A stretch of DNA of 32,916 nt from Candidatus Zixiibacteriota bacterium (GCA_029933635.1 JAOZNS010000003.1:1-32916); one strand, 5' to 3'; positions 17,692 to 27,995 are shown, counted from the stretch's first letter. The notes: generated from the letters alone by a model not told the origin. Translations and numbers: made by a program.

Positions 17692-19077
17692 TTAGGGATT
17701 AACAGTGGCACCATGCCTTCGAGCTAATTCTTTTACACCGGATTTGAATACGTTTCCTCGGTGCTGGTAATCCTTAAACATATCGAAGCTGGCACAGCCC
17801 GGAGATAACAAGACGGTATCATTTAGGGAGGCTTTTCTGAAACTTTGGCGCACCGCCTCCTCCAGAGAGTCGGAGAAAAAACAGGGGACCAAATCGCCAA
17901 GGGCCCGTTTGATCGTTTCCTTTGCCTCCCCTATCAGGATCAATGCCTTTACGTTTTTCTGAACCAGCTCTCTCAGTTTGGAGAAATCTCCTCCCTTGTC
18001 TTTGCCACCGCCAATGAGAATAATTGGCGGGGTTACGCTCTGCAGAGCATACCACACCGACTCCACGTTGGTGGCTTTGGAATCGTTAATAAAGCTTACC
18101 CCGGAGATGGTGGCCACCTGCTCCAACCTATGCTCCAACCCTTTGAAACCTCTTAAAGCGCTCTGCATGGACTGAGGTGCAACTCCCAAGATGCCACAGA
18201 TGGTGCAGGCAGCAGATGCATTAGAAAGATTGTGGGGACCTTTGATGCTTATCTGGCAGGTCTTTATGATCTCCTGCTCCTTTCCGTTCCATCTTAGGAC
18301 CAACTTTCCATCTTTGACGAAGGTTCCCTCCTCCACCTCCCTTTGAGTGGTGAAAAAGACCTTTCTGCTTTTTCCGTATGAGGAGAGCTTGAGGCTATTT
18401 GGGTCGTCTGCGTTTAACACGGCGAAATCTTTCTCGGTCTGATTTTCCAAAATGCGCAGCTTTGCCTCCATATACGATTTCAAATCGGGATGGCGATCCA
18501 GATGATCCGGGGTGATATTCAGAATCGAGGATACGTATGGCTGAAACTCCTCAATTCTTTCCAACTGAAAGCTGGAAAGCTCCAGAACCAAAAAGCCATC
18601 TGAGGAGATCTTTTCTACTAGGCTCGAGAAGGGAATACCAATGTTTCCTCCCACCTGAAATTCCCTTTCGTCCTCCTTCAATATTTCACCTACCAAACTT
18701 ACCGTGGTGCTCTTCCCATTAGAGCCGGTGATTCCGATGATCTTTGCATCGGTCAGCCAGAATGCCACCTCGATTTCGGAAAGTATGGGCACTCCCAAAT
18801 CCTCAGCCTGGGACAGGATAGGAATCTTAGGAGGGATGCCGGGACTTACCACCAGAAAGTCCTTATCCCGGATAGCCCTTGAGGTATGTCCACCTGTCTC
18901 AAAATCTATGTTCCACTTTTTAAGTTGACTTATCTCCGAGGTCAAAAGTTCCTTTGATTTAAGCTCGGATACGAAAACATCCGCCCCTGTTTTCTTAAGC
19001 AGTTTGGCACAGGCAAGACCAGTTCTTGCCATCCCCAAAACTGAAATTCTTTTTCCTATGATCCTGTCCTTTCTCAT
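17692..19077 (-). CDS. murD: UDP-MurNAc-L-Ala--D-glutamate ligase
   Basis: GSNGKSTT, ELSSFQL, DHLDRH, NDSKATN, LSPGCASFD. Confidence 0.97.
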   Translation of the reverse strand: MRKDRIIGKRISVLGMARTGLACAKLLKKTGADVFVSELKSKELLTSEISQLKKWNIDFETGGHTSRAIRDKDFLVVSPGIPPKIPILSQAEDLGVPILSEIEVAFWLTDAKIIGITGSNGKSTTVSLVGEILKEDEREFQVGGNIGIPFSSLVEKISSDGFLVLELSSFQLERIEEFQPYVSSILNITPDHLDRHPDLKSYMEAKLRILENQTEKDFAVLNADDPNSLKLSSYGKSRKVFFTTQREVEEGTFVKDGKLVLRWNGKEQEIIKTCQISIKGPHNLSNASAACTICGILGVAPQSMQSALRGFKGLEHRLEQVATISGVSFINDSKATNVESVWYALQSVTPPIILIGGGKDKGGDFSKLRELVQKNVKALILIGEAKETIKRALGDLVPCFFSDSLEEAVRQSFRKASLNDTVLLSPGCASFDMFKDYQHRGNVFKSGVKELARRHGATVNP

Positions 19078-19171
19078 AAAAATTCGGTGCTGAAGTTGAA
19101 ACCAATCCTTATAGTTTACATCCTTTTTGCCTTTCCCCTTTGTTTTCCCTCTTCACAGATGCGAAGCAGGG

Positions 19172-19200
19172 ATTGTGGGGTGAAGCTTTCAGATTGTCAA
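19172..19200 (-). promoter_or_regulatory. Internal sigma70-type promoter upstream of murD
   Basis: Minus strand TTGACA (19200-19195), 17-nt spacer, CACAAT (19177-19172) in the 171-bp mraY-murD gap. Confidence 0.55.
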
Positions 19201-19248
19201 ACTGTTTTTCTCAACATAATCAACGGTGAGAGACATATGATCCACTTT

Positions 19249-20334
19249 TTATCGTATCTTAAGGGTGCTTAAGGTCAAAAGCGCTAAAATTGCGCCAGCG
19301 ATCCAGAATCGGACCACCACCTGCGGCTCCTTCCATCCTGAAAGTTCAAAATGGTGATGTAAAGGCGCCATACGGAACACCCTCTTTCCCCAGGTTTGAA
19401 AGACAAATACCTGAATGATCACCGAGAGGGCTTCTGCCACAAAGACGCCACCCACGATCAAAAGCAACATCTCCTTTTTTATGAGGATGGATAAGGCGCC
19501 AAATGCTCCCCCTAATGCTAAGGCGCCGGTGTCGCCCATGAACACCTGAGCAGGGTAGGTGTTGAACCATAAAAACCCCAAAGCCGCTCCCACCACAGCT
19601 CCGCAGAAGATGGTCAACTCCCCGGCTCCCTCCAGATAGATTATGGATAGATAATGGGAGAAGTCCACTCGACCGGTGATATAGCACAGACCAGCGAAAG
19701 CAAAGGCACATAAGCCAATCAACCCAATGGCTAAGCCATCCAGTCCATCGGTTAAATTCACCGCGTTGGAGGCGCCGGTGATCACCAGGATCACCAAGGG
19801 GATGTAGAATATTCCAAAATTTACAAAATAGTTTTTAAAAAACAAAATATCTGAGGCAGTGTTAAAGTTGGAGGAAGGGGGAAACACGCGCAAGAGCAGG
19901 CCCAGAAGCACGCCCAAAGCAACCTGTCCGGCAAGCTTTTTTCTTCCGACCATTCCCCTGGGCTGATGTTTAATCGCTTTAAGATAATCATCCATAAATC
20001 CCAAAAGCCCCATCCAGACGGTAACCAGAAGGATCAAACGAATGTAAAGATTGGTCAAATCGGCCCACAAAAGGGTAGGAATCACCACGGAGAACAAAAT
20101 GATTATCCCTCCCATGGTAGGGGTTCCTTCCTTAACTTTATGGGTGGAGGGTCCCTCATCTCTTATCTTTTCGCAGACCTTTCTATCCTTCAACTTCCGG
20201 ATGATTATGGGTCCTAAAATCAGGCTGATTAGAAGGGCTGTGAGGGTGGCGCCAGCGGTTCTGAAGGTTATATATCTGAAGAGATTAAAAAGTATGAAAA
20301 CCTTGGTTAAAGGGTAAAGCAGATGGTAAAGCAT
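19249..20334 (-). CDS. mraY: Phospho-N-acetylmuramoyl-pentapeptide transferase
   Basis: KEGTPTMGG, DDYLK, NAVNLTDGLDGL, FMGDTG, MAPLHHHFE. Confidence 0.98.
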   Translation of the reverse strand: MLYHLLYPLTKVFILFNLFRYITFRTAGATLTALLISLILGPIIIRKLKDRKVCEKIRDEGPSTHKVKEGTPTMGGIIILFSVVIPTLLWADLTNLYIRLILLVTVWMGLLGFMDDYLKAIKHQPRGMVGRKKLAGQVALGVLLGLLLRVFPPSSNFNTASDILFFKNYFVNFGIFYIPLVILVITGASNAVNLTDGLDGLAIGLIGLCAFAFAGLCYITGRVDFSHYLSIIYLEGAGELTIFCGAVVGAALGFLWFNTYPAQVFMGDTGALALGGAFGALSILIKKEMLLLIVGGVFVAEALSVIIQVFVFQTWGKRVFRMAPLHHHFELSGWKEPQVVVRFWIAGAILALLTLSTLKIR

Positions 20335-20402
20335 CCCATTCCTACAGCAGTTTGTTAGGTTGATAATCCGTCATCTTCCTGGCTGAAAAGATCATGTTTC
20401 AA

Positions 20403-21815
20403 TCAGTTCTGTCGGGAGTAAAGATTTTTTAAACTGAAAACCACCTCTTCGGTTCTCATCTTTCTAGATCCTTTGACTAAAACCACATCTCCCCCCTTCA
20501 AATTCTCTTGGAGGTAAAGGCTAACCTGTTGGTTGCTTTTAAAACTTAGAATGTTATGGGGACTCATGCCGGCTTGTTTTGCTCCCTCCCCAATGAAGCC
20601 AGCCAGCTCCCCCACCAGGAGGAGCAAATCCACCCCTGATTTGGTCGCCTTCCTTCCTACCTCCAGATGAAAATCCACTGCCTTCTCTCCTAACTCCAAC
20701 ATGTCTGCCAAAACAGCAATCCTTCGCCCTGAGGTCTTTATCTTTTTAAGAGTTTCTAAAGCTATCTCAACAGAGACAGGATTTGCATTGTAACTATCGT
20801 TAATCACCCTTATGTCGTTGAGACGGATAAGTTCCATCCTCAACTCCGAAGGGGTATATTGTTCCAAGCTCTGCTTGATTTTCTGGGAATCCACCTCCAA
20901 AAGGCTTCCCACCGCAAATGCGGCTAAGGCGTTATAGACGTTATGAATACCCAGAAGCTTCAAGTTGACCATCAGCTCCTTATTCGCTCGAAAGCTGATG
21001 TAGCCATCCCCGTTGGCAACGATTTTGTCTGCGGTAAAATCTGCTTCCTTTTCTATGCCGAAGCTTATCACCCTTTCGTCCTTTTTCTTTTGCCGTATTC
21101 GGCTTGATAGTATGGGGTCGTCTGCGTTCAGAATCAGGGTTTTAGGGGAGGACATGTTGTCCGGGAGTTCAAATTTCGCCTGGGCGATCCTTTGAAGGCT
21201 CTGCATCGATTCCAAATGGGCTGGTCCTATGTTGGTGATTACGCCGATTTGAGGATTTGTCATTTGGGCGAGCATTCCTATCTCTCCAAGATTGCTCATG
21301 CCCAGCTCCACCACCAAAACCTCTGAATCGGAGTTGAGTTGAAACAAAGTAAGTGGCACACCAATCAGATTGTTATAACTTTTAGGCGAGCTTACCACCT
21401 TGAATCGAGCGGACAATACCTGGGCTATCATGTCTTTGGTTGTGGTCTTGCCGTTTGTCCCGGTTACAGCCACGGTGGGTATATCAAACTTTCGTCTGTG
21501 CCAGAATGCCAGCTTCCTTAAAGCCTTTTTCGTATCCTCAACAAAAACCACCGCGACTTTATCAAAAATCTTTGAATCTATCATCTGTTGCTTATCCTTA
21601 GCCAGCACCAACGCTGAGGCGCCCTTTTGCACAGCGGATTTGGCAAATTGATGACCATCGAACCTCTCACCAGGGATGGCAATAAAAAGATTCCCTCTCC
21701 TTAGGTTGCGCGAGTCTATGCTGATGCCCCGAATCAGTTCATTTCTGTTATGAGGAGGTTTCTGACTTTCTCCTTGAACCACATGAGTCAATTCTTCTAA
21801 ACTTATCTGAAACAT
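20403..21815 (-). CDS. murF: UDP-MurNAc-tripeptide--D-Ala-D-Ala ligase
   Basis: GERFDGH, GTNGKTTTK, NNLIGVP, DSYNANP, DMLELG, KGSR. Confidence 0.96.
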   Translation of the reverse strand: MFQISLEELTHVVQGESQKPPHNRNELIRGISIDSRNLRRGNLFIAIPGERFDGHQFAKSAVQKGASALVLAKDKQQMIDSKIFDKVAVVFVEDTKKALRKLAFWHRRKFDIPTVAVTGTNGKTTTKDMIAQVLSARFKVVSSPKSYNNLIGVPLTLFQLNSDSEVLVVELGMSNLGEIGMLAQMTNPQIGVITNIGPAHLESMQSLQRIAQAKFELPDNMSSPKTLILNADDPILSSRIRQKKKDERVISFGIEKEADFTADKIVANGDGYISFRANKELMVNLKLLGIHNVYNALAAFAVGSLLEVDSQKIKQSLEQYTPSELRMELIRLNDIRVINDSYNANPVSVEIALETLKKIKTSGRRIAVLADMLELGEKAVDFHLEVGRKATKSGVDLLLLVGELAGFIGEGAKQAGMSPHNILSFKSNQQVSLYLQENLKGGDVVLVKGSRKMRTEEVVFSLKNLYSRQN

Positions 21816-21859
21816 AGTATTTTGGGACGCCCATTTGCAGGGCGATTCATCAATTGTCC

Positions 21860-23353
21860 TTACTGACCGGATTTAGTTAATGCCGAAGCACCCAACAGCT
21901 CCAGCACCGTCTCCTTGTCTGAGAAATGGATTTTTTTGTTTCCCACCATCTGATAATCCTCATGTCCTTTTCCTGCCAGAATCAGAGTATCTCCCGGTTG
22001 GGCTATCTCCAATGCTTTCTTGATGCCTTCCCTTCTGTCAATTATCACCCGAACCTTTCCTTTCTCTTCTATCCCATGCATGATTTGCTGGACGATCACC
22101 TCCGGGTCTTCGGATCGGGGATTGTCTTCGGTCAGAAAGATGAGGTCCGCATACTGAGATGCCACCTTTCCCATCAGAGGTCTTTTGCCCTGATCCCTAT
22201 CACCCCCACATCCAAAAAGGAAAAGCAATCTTTTCTTGGTAAGCTTTCTGGCGGTCTTCAAAAGTCTTTCAAAGGCGTGAGGGGTGTGTCCGTAGTCTAT
22301 CCAGATATTGAAGTCCTGCCCTGCCTGGATTCTTTCCATGCGCCCGGGAATCGAAGTCACCGCTTCCAAGCCCGATTTTATTGTGTCCGGATCTAACTTT
22401 AAGGCAAATCCTGTTGCCACGCTGGCTAAGGCGTTATATATGTTTGACTCTCCGATAAGTTTGAAGTCCAATTTCATCTCCCCTGCTGGAGTTGCTAAGT
22501 CGATTAAAGATCTATCCGGGGTGCAGATGAAATTTGTGGTGAAGAAATCTGCATGGGGATCGTTCAGGGAATAGGTCAGGGATCCGGTTTGGGTCTGTTG
22601 GGAGAAATATCTCCAATTGGGATCATCCACATTCAATACCGCACAGCCGTCCCTTTCTTTCAGCTTCTTGAACAAAAGCCCCTTGGCTTGTCGATAGGCC
22701 TCCATGGTCTTATGAAAATCAAGATGTTCATGATTCAAATTGGTAAATATTGCTACATCAAACAGGGTTCCGTCGACCCGGTGTAAAGCCAAGGCATGAG
22801 AGGAAACCTCCATCACCACAAAGGTAGATTTTTCTTTGAGCATCTGGAAAAACATCCTTTGCAGATCCAGCGATTCTGGAGTGGTGTTTTTTGCCTTTAT
22901 CCTCTGTTCACCTATCCAGTGGGCTATGGTCCCAACCAGCCCTACTTTGCTTTGGTTTTTTTCCAGAACTGATTTCACCAGATAGGAGATGGTGGTCTTT
23001 CCATTGGTGCCGGTGATGCCCACCACTTTGAGCTTCCTAGAAGGGAAACCATAAAATTTGCTGGCCAAAAGGGCTAAAGCCTCTCTGGCATCCGGAACTA
23101 TCACTTTAGCTTTGGCTCTGAAGTCACCATCCTTCTGTGCCACCACCGCCACCGCGCCCCCTTTTAAGGCCGAACGAATATATTTGTGCCCATCGTCTGA
23201 ATACCCTTCTATGGCCACGAAGAGGTCTCCTCGACTTATCTGGCGGGAGTCGTATTCGATCTTCTTTATGGTTAAATCCACCTCTCCCCAGATCTTCTTG
23301 GAAGGAAGCACCTGCAGAAGCTTCTTGAGATTTTGCTCGGTTTTTCTACTCAT
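21860..23353 (-). CDS. murE: UDP-MurNAc-dipeptide--meso-diaminopimelate ligase
   Basis: GTNGKTT, TTPES, MEVSSH, GCGGDRD, DNPR (DAP-type motif), AGKGHE. Confidence 0.96.
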   Translation of the reverse strand: MSRKTEQNLKKLLQVLPSKKIWGEVDLTIKKIEYDSRQISRGDLFVAIEGYSDDGHKYIRSALKGGAVAVVAQKDGDFRAKAKVIVPDAREALALLASKFYGFPSRKLKVVGITGTNGKTTISYLVKSVLEKNQSKVGLVGTIAHWIGEQRIKAKNTTPESLDLQRMFFQMLKEKSTFVVMEVSSHALALHRVDGTLFDVAIFTNLNHEHLDFHKTMEAYRQAKGLLFKKLKERDGCAVLNVDDPNWRYFSQQTQTGSLTYSLNDPHADFFTTNFICTPDRSLIDLATPAGEMKLDFKLIGESNIYNALASVATGFALKLDPDTIKSGLEAVTSIPGRMERIQAGQDFNIWIDYGHTPHAFERLLKTARKLTKKRLLFLFGCGGDRDQGKRPLMGKVASQYADLIFLTEDNPRSEDPEVIVQQIMHGIEEKGKVRVIIDRREGIKKALEIAQPGDTLILAGKGHEDYQMVGNKKIHFSDKETVLELLGASALTKSGQ

Positions 23354-23542
23354 GTTTGCCAGAAGCTAAAGTCTTGTCCGTTCTCTTAGAAAATGTTTCG
23401 ATTGAAATAGCATAAATGTGTAGCCAGAATTCAAAGTATAAAGCTTTATCTGTCTTGTTGCTTAAACAACTCGTTTGTAGCTTCGCTAATCCGATCATAA
23501 AGATGGCTCTTTGGTATGGATCGCCGTTCTATCATACGTCCA

Positions 23543-25579
23543 TTAAGGCTGGCATCTAATTATGCACCGGGTATCCCGATTTACTCGGGAGTTGGGTTCT
23601 GGAGTCTGTCTCACCACCATTCCGCTTCCCTGGAGATCAAACTGTAAGCCTTCACGGACAAGCACCCTCACTGCCTCTCGGATGGTCATCCCTCGAACGT
23701 CCGGCATCAGCAATTCCTCCTCTGGAGATGGATCCGGAACTGAAAAAAGATCAAAAGCTTGCAGATCTTCCTGGTATAACCTTTTTGAAGTTACATCTGA
23801 ATCGATCTCCCTGCTGGCAGTGGAAACCACACTGCCAGAAGAGGTGACCAGCAGACGATCTGCGGTAAGAGAGACGATTCGCTGGGTGGTTCTTTTAAAC
23901 ACCGGGGCCGCGGTTAATCCTCCCAGATGTTCCTTTTTGGGGCTGTCCAGGATAATCAATCCCACCAGCTGGGGGTCCTCCGCGGGAAAGAATCCTACAA
24001 ACGATGCGATGACGCTTCCTTTTTGGTATCCTCTCTTTCCCGGCTTTGCCTTTTGAGCGGTGCCGGTCTTCCCGCCGATACTTAACCCTTCCATCTTTGC
24101 CTTCCTTCCGGTTCCAAAGCTTACCACTCCCTTCATGAAATCTATCAAAAGGTGAGCGGTTCGTTTGCTGATCACCCTTCTGACCGGCGTGGGGCTTTCT
24201 AATTTTAAAGTATCTTTATTCGTATCGAGGATCGCCTTGACCACAAAGGGTCTCATCAGAATGCCGTCATTGGCTATGGCGGAATATGCACAGACCAGTT
24301 GTAAGGGGGTGAGAGAAATTCCCTGTCCAAATGCGATGCAGGAAAGCACGAAGTCTGACCACCGTTTAGGTGAAGGGATAAAACCTCTTGCTTCTCCTGG
24401 CAGATCGATTCCCGTCTTTTCGCCTATCCCAAAATCGGTTATGTATCGATACAACTTTTCCGGGCCCACCATCATGGCAATCTTAGAAAGAGCGATGTTT
24501 GAGGAATAGATCACGCTTTCCTTGAAGGTTAGCCATCCGTAAGCTTTAACGTCATGGATTGTCCTTTGGCCAATCCTGAACTCTCCATTCTCAGCAAAGA
24601 TGCTATCCTGGGGCTCCAAGACCTTCTCCTCCAAGGCGCAAGCAGCGGTTATGATCTTAAAGGTTGAGCCAGGTTCGAAATTATCACTTATGATTTTGTT
24701 CCTGATGGGCAATCCTTCTTGCTTATTGCAATAAGCCATTGCCAGAATCTCGCCTGTTTTAGGATTCATGAAGATGGCGCCACCCCCATCTGCTTCAGTT
24801 CTTTCTATCCCCCTCTTCAGCTCCTCCTCCACGATGCTCTGCAGTTCCACATCGATGGTTAAAACCAGATTTTTACCGTCCTCTGGTTTCTGGAGGGGAT
24901 ACTCTGCAATCTTATATGAATTTCGGTGTCCATCCCGCTGAAAAATAGCCTTTCCGTCTTTTCCGGCCAGATACCGATCATATTGATATTCCACCCCGGC
25001 AAGTCCTCGATTATCGATGTCTGTAAACCCTAACACCTCTTCGGCTAAATCTCCATACAGATGATACCTTTTGGTCTCATCGATCGTCCAAACCCCCTCC
25101 AACCTTCTTCGTTTTATCCTCTCACTCTCTTTTACCTCCACCTTTCTTTTCAGCCAGACGAACCTCTTACGTTCCTTCAACCTTCTTTTTATCTGGTCAT
25201 TGCCCAGGCCGGACGAGCTAAATGCTTTTGCCACCTGATCGGGGTTTTTAACGCTCTCCGGAATGGCAAAAAAAGATTCCACCGGCAGATTGATGACCAA
25301 AGCCTTCCCATTTCGGTCGTAGATGATTCCCCTTTTTGCCTCAAGTTTGATGTGCTGTTGGTGTTGCTTGGTGGCGATCTTTTTATATTCTGTTCCTTTA
25401 ATGACCTGAATGAAAAAAAGACGGGACAGGATCAAAAGCCATACGATGATTCCCAAGGCAAAGATATGAGAGGTCCTCCCTCTGGAGAACCTGTTCAGGC
25501 TCGAAGGCCTGTGTCTTCCAGAAGGCAAACGGCGCAGTTGGTAAGCGGTTTTACGGCTCTTGTTCGATCTCTTTAGCAA
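23543..25579 (-). CDS. ftsI: Class B penicillin-binding protein FtsI with C-terminal PASTA domain
   Basis: RG.IYDRNG, GVE..YD..L.G, STFK (SxxK), SSN (SxN), KTGTAQ; PASTA-like MPDVRGM...Q.P.P. Start codon uncertain. Confidence 0.93.
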   Translation of the reverse strand: MLKRSNKSRKTAYQLRRLPSGRHRPSSLNRFSRGRTSHIFALGIIVWLLILSRLFFIQVIKGTEYKKIATKQHQQHIKLEAKRGIIYDRNGKALVINLPVESFFAIPESVKNPDQVAKAFSSSGLGNDQIKRRLKERKRFVWLKRKVEVKESERIKRRRLEGVWTIDETKRYHLYGDLAEEVLGFTDIDNRGLAGVEYQYDRYLAGKDGKAIFQRDGHRNSYKIAEYPLQKPEDGKNLVLTIDVELQSIVEEELKRGIERTEADGGGAIFMNPKTGEILAMAYCNKQEGLPIRNKIISDNFEPGSTFKIITAACALEEKVLEPQDSIFAENGEFRIGQRTIHDVKAYGWLTFKESVIYSSNIALSKIAMMVGPEKLYRYITDFGIGEKTGIDLPGEARGFIPSPKRWSDFVLSCIAFGQGISLTPLQLVCAYSAIANDGILMRPFVVKAILDTNKDTLKLESPTPVRRVISKRTAHLLIDFMKGVVSFGTGRKAKMEGLSIGGKTGTAQKAKPGKRGYQKGSVIASFVGFFPAEDPQLVGLIILDSPKKEHLGGLTAAPVFKRTTQRIVSLTADRLLVTSSGSVVSTASREIDSDVTSKRLYQEDLQAFDLFSVPDPSPEEELLMPDVRGMTIREAVRVLVREGLQFDLQGSGMVVRQTPEPNSRVNRDTRCIIRCQP

Positions 25580-25991
25580 CAGCTTCCTCTCCCCTGAGAA
25601 TACCTTTCTGAATCGTCTTCAGCTTAGCCCAGATGTTTTTGGGAAAACCGGGTTTTTCCTCCAAATAGGTGGAATCAGACGATTCGCGAATTAAACCTAT
25701 CTGATGTAAGTCCGGATAAACAAATCCCATCCTTTTGCCTATCTTTTCGATCCTTTCGACGGAGCTGAGTTTGGCTACCTCAACCTGAAGATATTTAAAA
25801 CTTTTCTGTTTTTGTTCGATCTGGAGCCGCAACTTCTTGGTATGGGCAGAAAGCGTGATAACGGTCACCCTCTGCCAGATGTAAACGCAGGAGAGGACGA
25901 CAAATCCAAGAAGAATAAAAAACAACCTAATCCTGCGAGCTTTCTTGCCTTTTGAGGGAAAGCGACATCTTTTTATTTTAACCCTGCTCAA
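25551..25991 (-). CDS. ftsL: Cell division protein FtsL-like
   Basis: Basic N-terminus, single TM, coiled coil ending LSSVERIEKIG...GF..P; lies between rsmH and ftsI. Confidence 0.8.
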   Translation of the reverse strand: MSRVKIKRCRFPSKGKKARRIRLFFILLGFVVLSCVYIWQRVTVITLSAHTKKLRLQIEQKQKSFKYLQVEVAKLSSVERIEKIGKRMGFVYPDLHQIGLIRESSDSTYLEEKPGFPKNIWAKLKTIQKGILRGEEAVAKEIEQEP

Positions 25992-26047
25992 GTTCTCTTC
26001 CCTCCATCTATGATCGAATCAATTAAAAGAACATACCGCTCTTTCAA

Positions 26048-27046
26048 TTATACATGAGTCAGCTTCTCTGCCGCCCAGAGCCTTGCGCTTCTGGCCCGAG
26101 GATTTCTTTCCTTCTCCTCAAGAGAAGGAGTTATGGGCTTGGTCGTGATCACCCTCAAATTGGCTTTAGCCTCACAACAGCATACCGGAAGGTGGGGTGG
26201 ACAGATGCAACCTTTGCTTTCTTTTCTCATCTTCTCTCTTATCAACCGGTGTTCCAGGGAGTGATAGGAAATTACACATAATCTCCCCTTAGGGGCCAAA
26301 CAACGTATGGCTTGGTTTAGCCCCTGTTTAAGCTCCTCCAACTCCTGGTTTACCTCTATCCGGATGGCTTGAAACACGCGGGCTAAAGACTTTATTCTAA
26401 ATTTGGGATTGATCACCGACTCCACCAAAACTCTAAGCTGAAAGGTGGTACTTATGGGTGAAACTTTTCCTCGACTCACGATGGCACGAGCAATCTTTTT
26501 GGAATACTTCTCCTGACCAAACCTCTTAAAGATCTTAACCAGGTCTGATTGCGAATAATAATTGACCACCTCAAAGGCGCTCTTTTCTTGGGACCGATCC
26601 ATTCGCATGTCCAATGGTCCATCCAATTGGAAGCTAAAACCACGTTTTTTGTTTTCCAGTTGAGTTGAACAAAGACCTAAATCAAAAAGAAACCCTGACA
26701 CCTCCTTTAAGTTCAATCTTGAAAGAAGGTTTTCTATCTGACTGAAACGAAGATGAGCAAAACAAATCCTATTTCTGTATGGGGCCAGCCTTCTTCTGGC
26801 GATATTCAAAGCGTTTGCATCTCTGTCAATACATATCAATCTGACGCTTGGCTTTACCTTTGCGACAATAGCCTCTGCATGTCCCCCGGTTCCCACCGTA
26901 GCATCACATATGACCTTGGGACTCTCCAGTAGGAGATTTTCCAAAACCTCTTTCACCAGAACGGGCTGGTGCAGACCGTTTTTATTTTTCTTTGCATGTT
27001 TTAACACACCCTTTACATTAAAAGGATCTTCTCTTTGGAGGGTCAA
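26048..27046 (-). CDS. rsmH: 16S rRNA m4C1402 methyltransferase RsmH
   Basis: HQPVL, DATVGTGGH, GPLDMRMD, FQAIRIEVN.EL, ISYHSLE, NPRARSA. Start uncertain. Confidence 0.96.
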   Translation of the reverse strand: MTLQREDPFNVKGVLKHAKKNKNGLHQPVLVKEVLENLLLESPKVICDATVGTGGHAEAIVAKVKPSVRLICIDRDANALNIARRRLAPYRNRICFAHLRFSQIENLLSRLNLKEVSGFLFDLGLCSTQLENKKRGFSFQLDGPLDMRMDRSQEKSAFEVVNYYSQSDLVKIFKRFGQEKYSKKIARAIVSRGKVSPISTTFQLRVLVESVINPKFRIKSLARVFQAIRIEVNQELEELKQGLNQAIRCLAPKGRLCVISYHSLEHRLIREKMRKESKGCICPPHLPVCCCEAKANLRVITTKPITPSLEEKERNPRARSARLWAAEKLTHV

Positions 27047-27085
27047 ACCTTTCTATAAATATGAGGGGGCAGAAGTTTGGCACTC

Positions 27086-27529
27086 TCACGATCCAAATAT
27101 CTTCTCTGCCGCCTCTTCGAAGCTCTCTTTGTGCCGTTCTCTATATTTCTGATACACCTCAGGCGACCATAGTTCAATCCGGGACAAAATTCCCAAGATT
27201 AAAACCTCCTTAGTTATCTGAGCTGATTTCAAAAGCTTATCCGGAATGGTAAGCCGACCAACCCGATCAATTCTTACATCCTCTGATTCCGGGACGAAGG
27301 CTCTCAGTAAAAACCGGTGCTCTCCAACATCCACCTTCAGGTTTCTGAGTTTCTCCTCCTGTTTGGTCCACTCCTCAAGCGGGTAGAGAAAAATACAGCC
27401 ATCATATCCCGGACCTATTACAAAATGATCGTTGGAGGAAACCGGGACAGCCTCCCTTAACTTCTTAGGCAATTTAAACCGTCGCTTGCTGTCTATTGTG
27501 GAGGTGTATGTTCCTTTAAAAGAAGCCAT
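27086..27529 (-). CDS. mraZ: dcw cluster transcriptional repressor MraZ
   Basis: F.G.Y..TIDSKRR and a second IDRVGRLTIP repeat; first gene of the dcw cluster. Confidence 0.93.
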   Translation of the reverse strand: MASFKGTYTSTIDSKRRFKLPKKLREAVPVSSNDHFVIGPGYDGCIFLYPLEEWTKQEEKLRNLKVDVGEHRFLLRAFVPESEDVRIDRVGRLTIPDKLLKSAQITKEVLILGILSRIELWSPEVYQKYRERHKESFEEAAEKIFGS

Positions 27530-27764
27530 GAGAAGCGAAAAACTTAGCTTATGACGGTGACTAATTCTAACCCAGAAGAGGGCGCCAACATCTACAAGTT
27601 CTTAAGATCCCCACCTTTTTGCCGTAAGTCCTTATTCCCAAACTTCTTCCTAATAAATGGATGATCAATCAAAAGCATTTTAATAAGAAAATCTTGATAA
27701 CTTCAAATGAAGCTTTAGAAAAGCACAACATATCATTACAATGGCTTAATAAAAACGGACGTAG

Positions 27765-27810
27765 TCCCTTTTCGCCCATTTCTGCCCAAAAACGTCCACT
27801 TTCTTGCCAC
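27765..27810 (-). promoter_or_regulatory. Putative MraZ-binding direct repeats
   Basis: Plus-strand TCCC/GCCCA/GCCCA/GTCCAC/GCCAC at about 10-bp spacing (minus strand TGGG/TGGA/GTGG), directly downstream of the -10 box. Matches the known MraZ TGGGN-repeat architecture. Confidence 0.6.
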
Positions 27811-27811
27811 A

Positions 27812-27840
27812 ATGATACACAAGCAGTGGTTTTTTGTCAA
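27812..27840 (-). promoter_or_regulatory. sigma70-type promoter of the dcw operon (Pmra)
   Basis: Minus strand TTGACA (27840-27835), 17-nt spacer, TATCAT (27817-27812). Confidence 0.7.
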
Positions 27841-27995
27841 GGAAAAAATTCAATTTGATTAAATATTTTTACGCAATTGTGTTAATGTAGAAAGCCTACC
27901 ACAATCTATGGGGTCTTTCCAATATCAAATATCCACTTCAGAGAAAAGGATAACTTTTCTTATTTCTCTGGACTTGGACTTATCCTCATAACTTC

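Noticed and set aside
19087-19272. 61-aa plus-strand ORF in the mraY-murD gap
   Set aside because: Antisense within the operon and overlapping mraY; the gap is better explained by an internal promoter.
27661-27858. 65-aa plus-strand ORF
   Set aside because: Overlies the mraZ promoter and operator repeats; no RBS or recognisable features.
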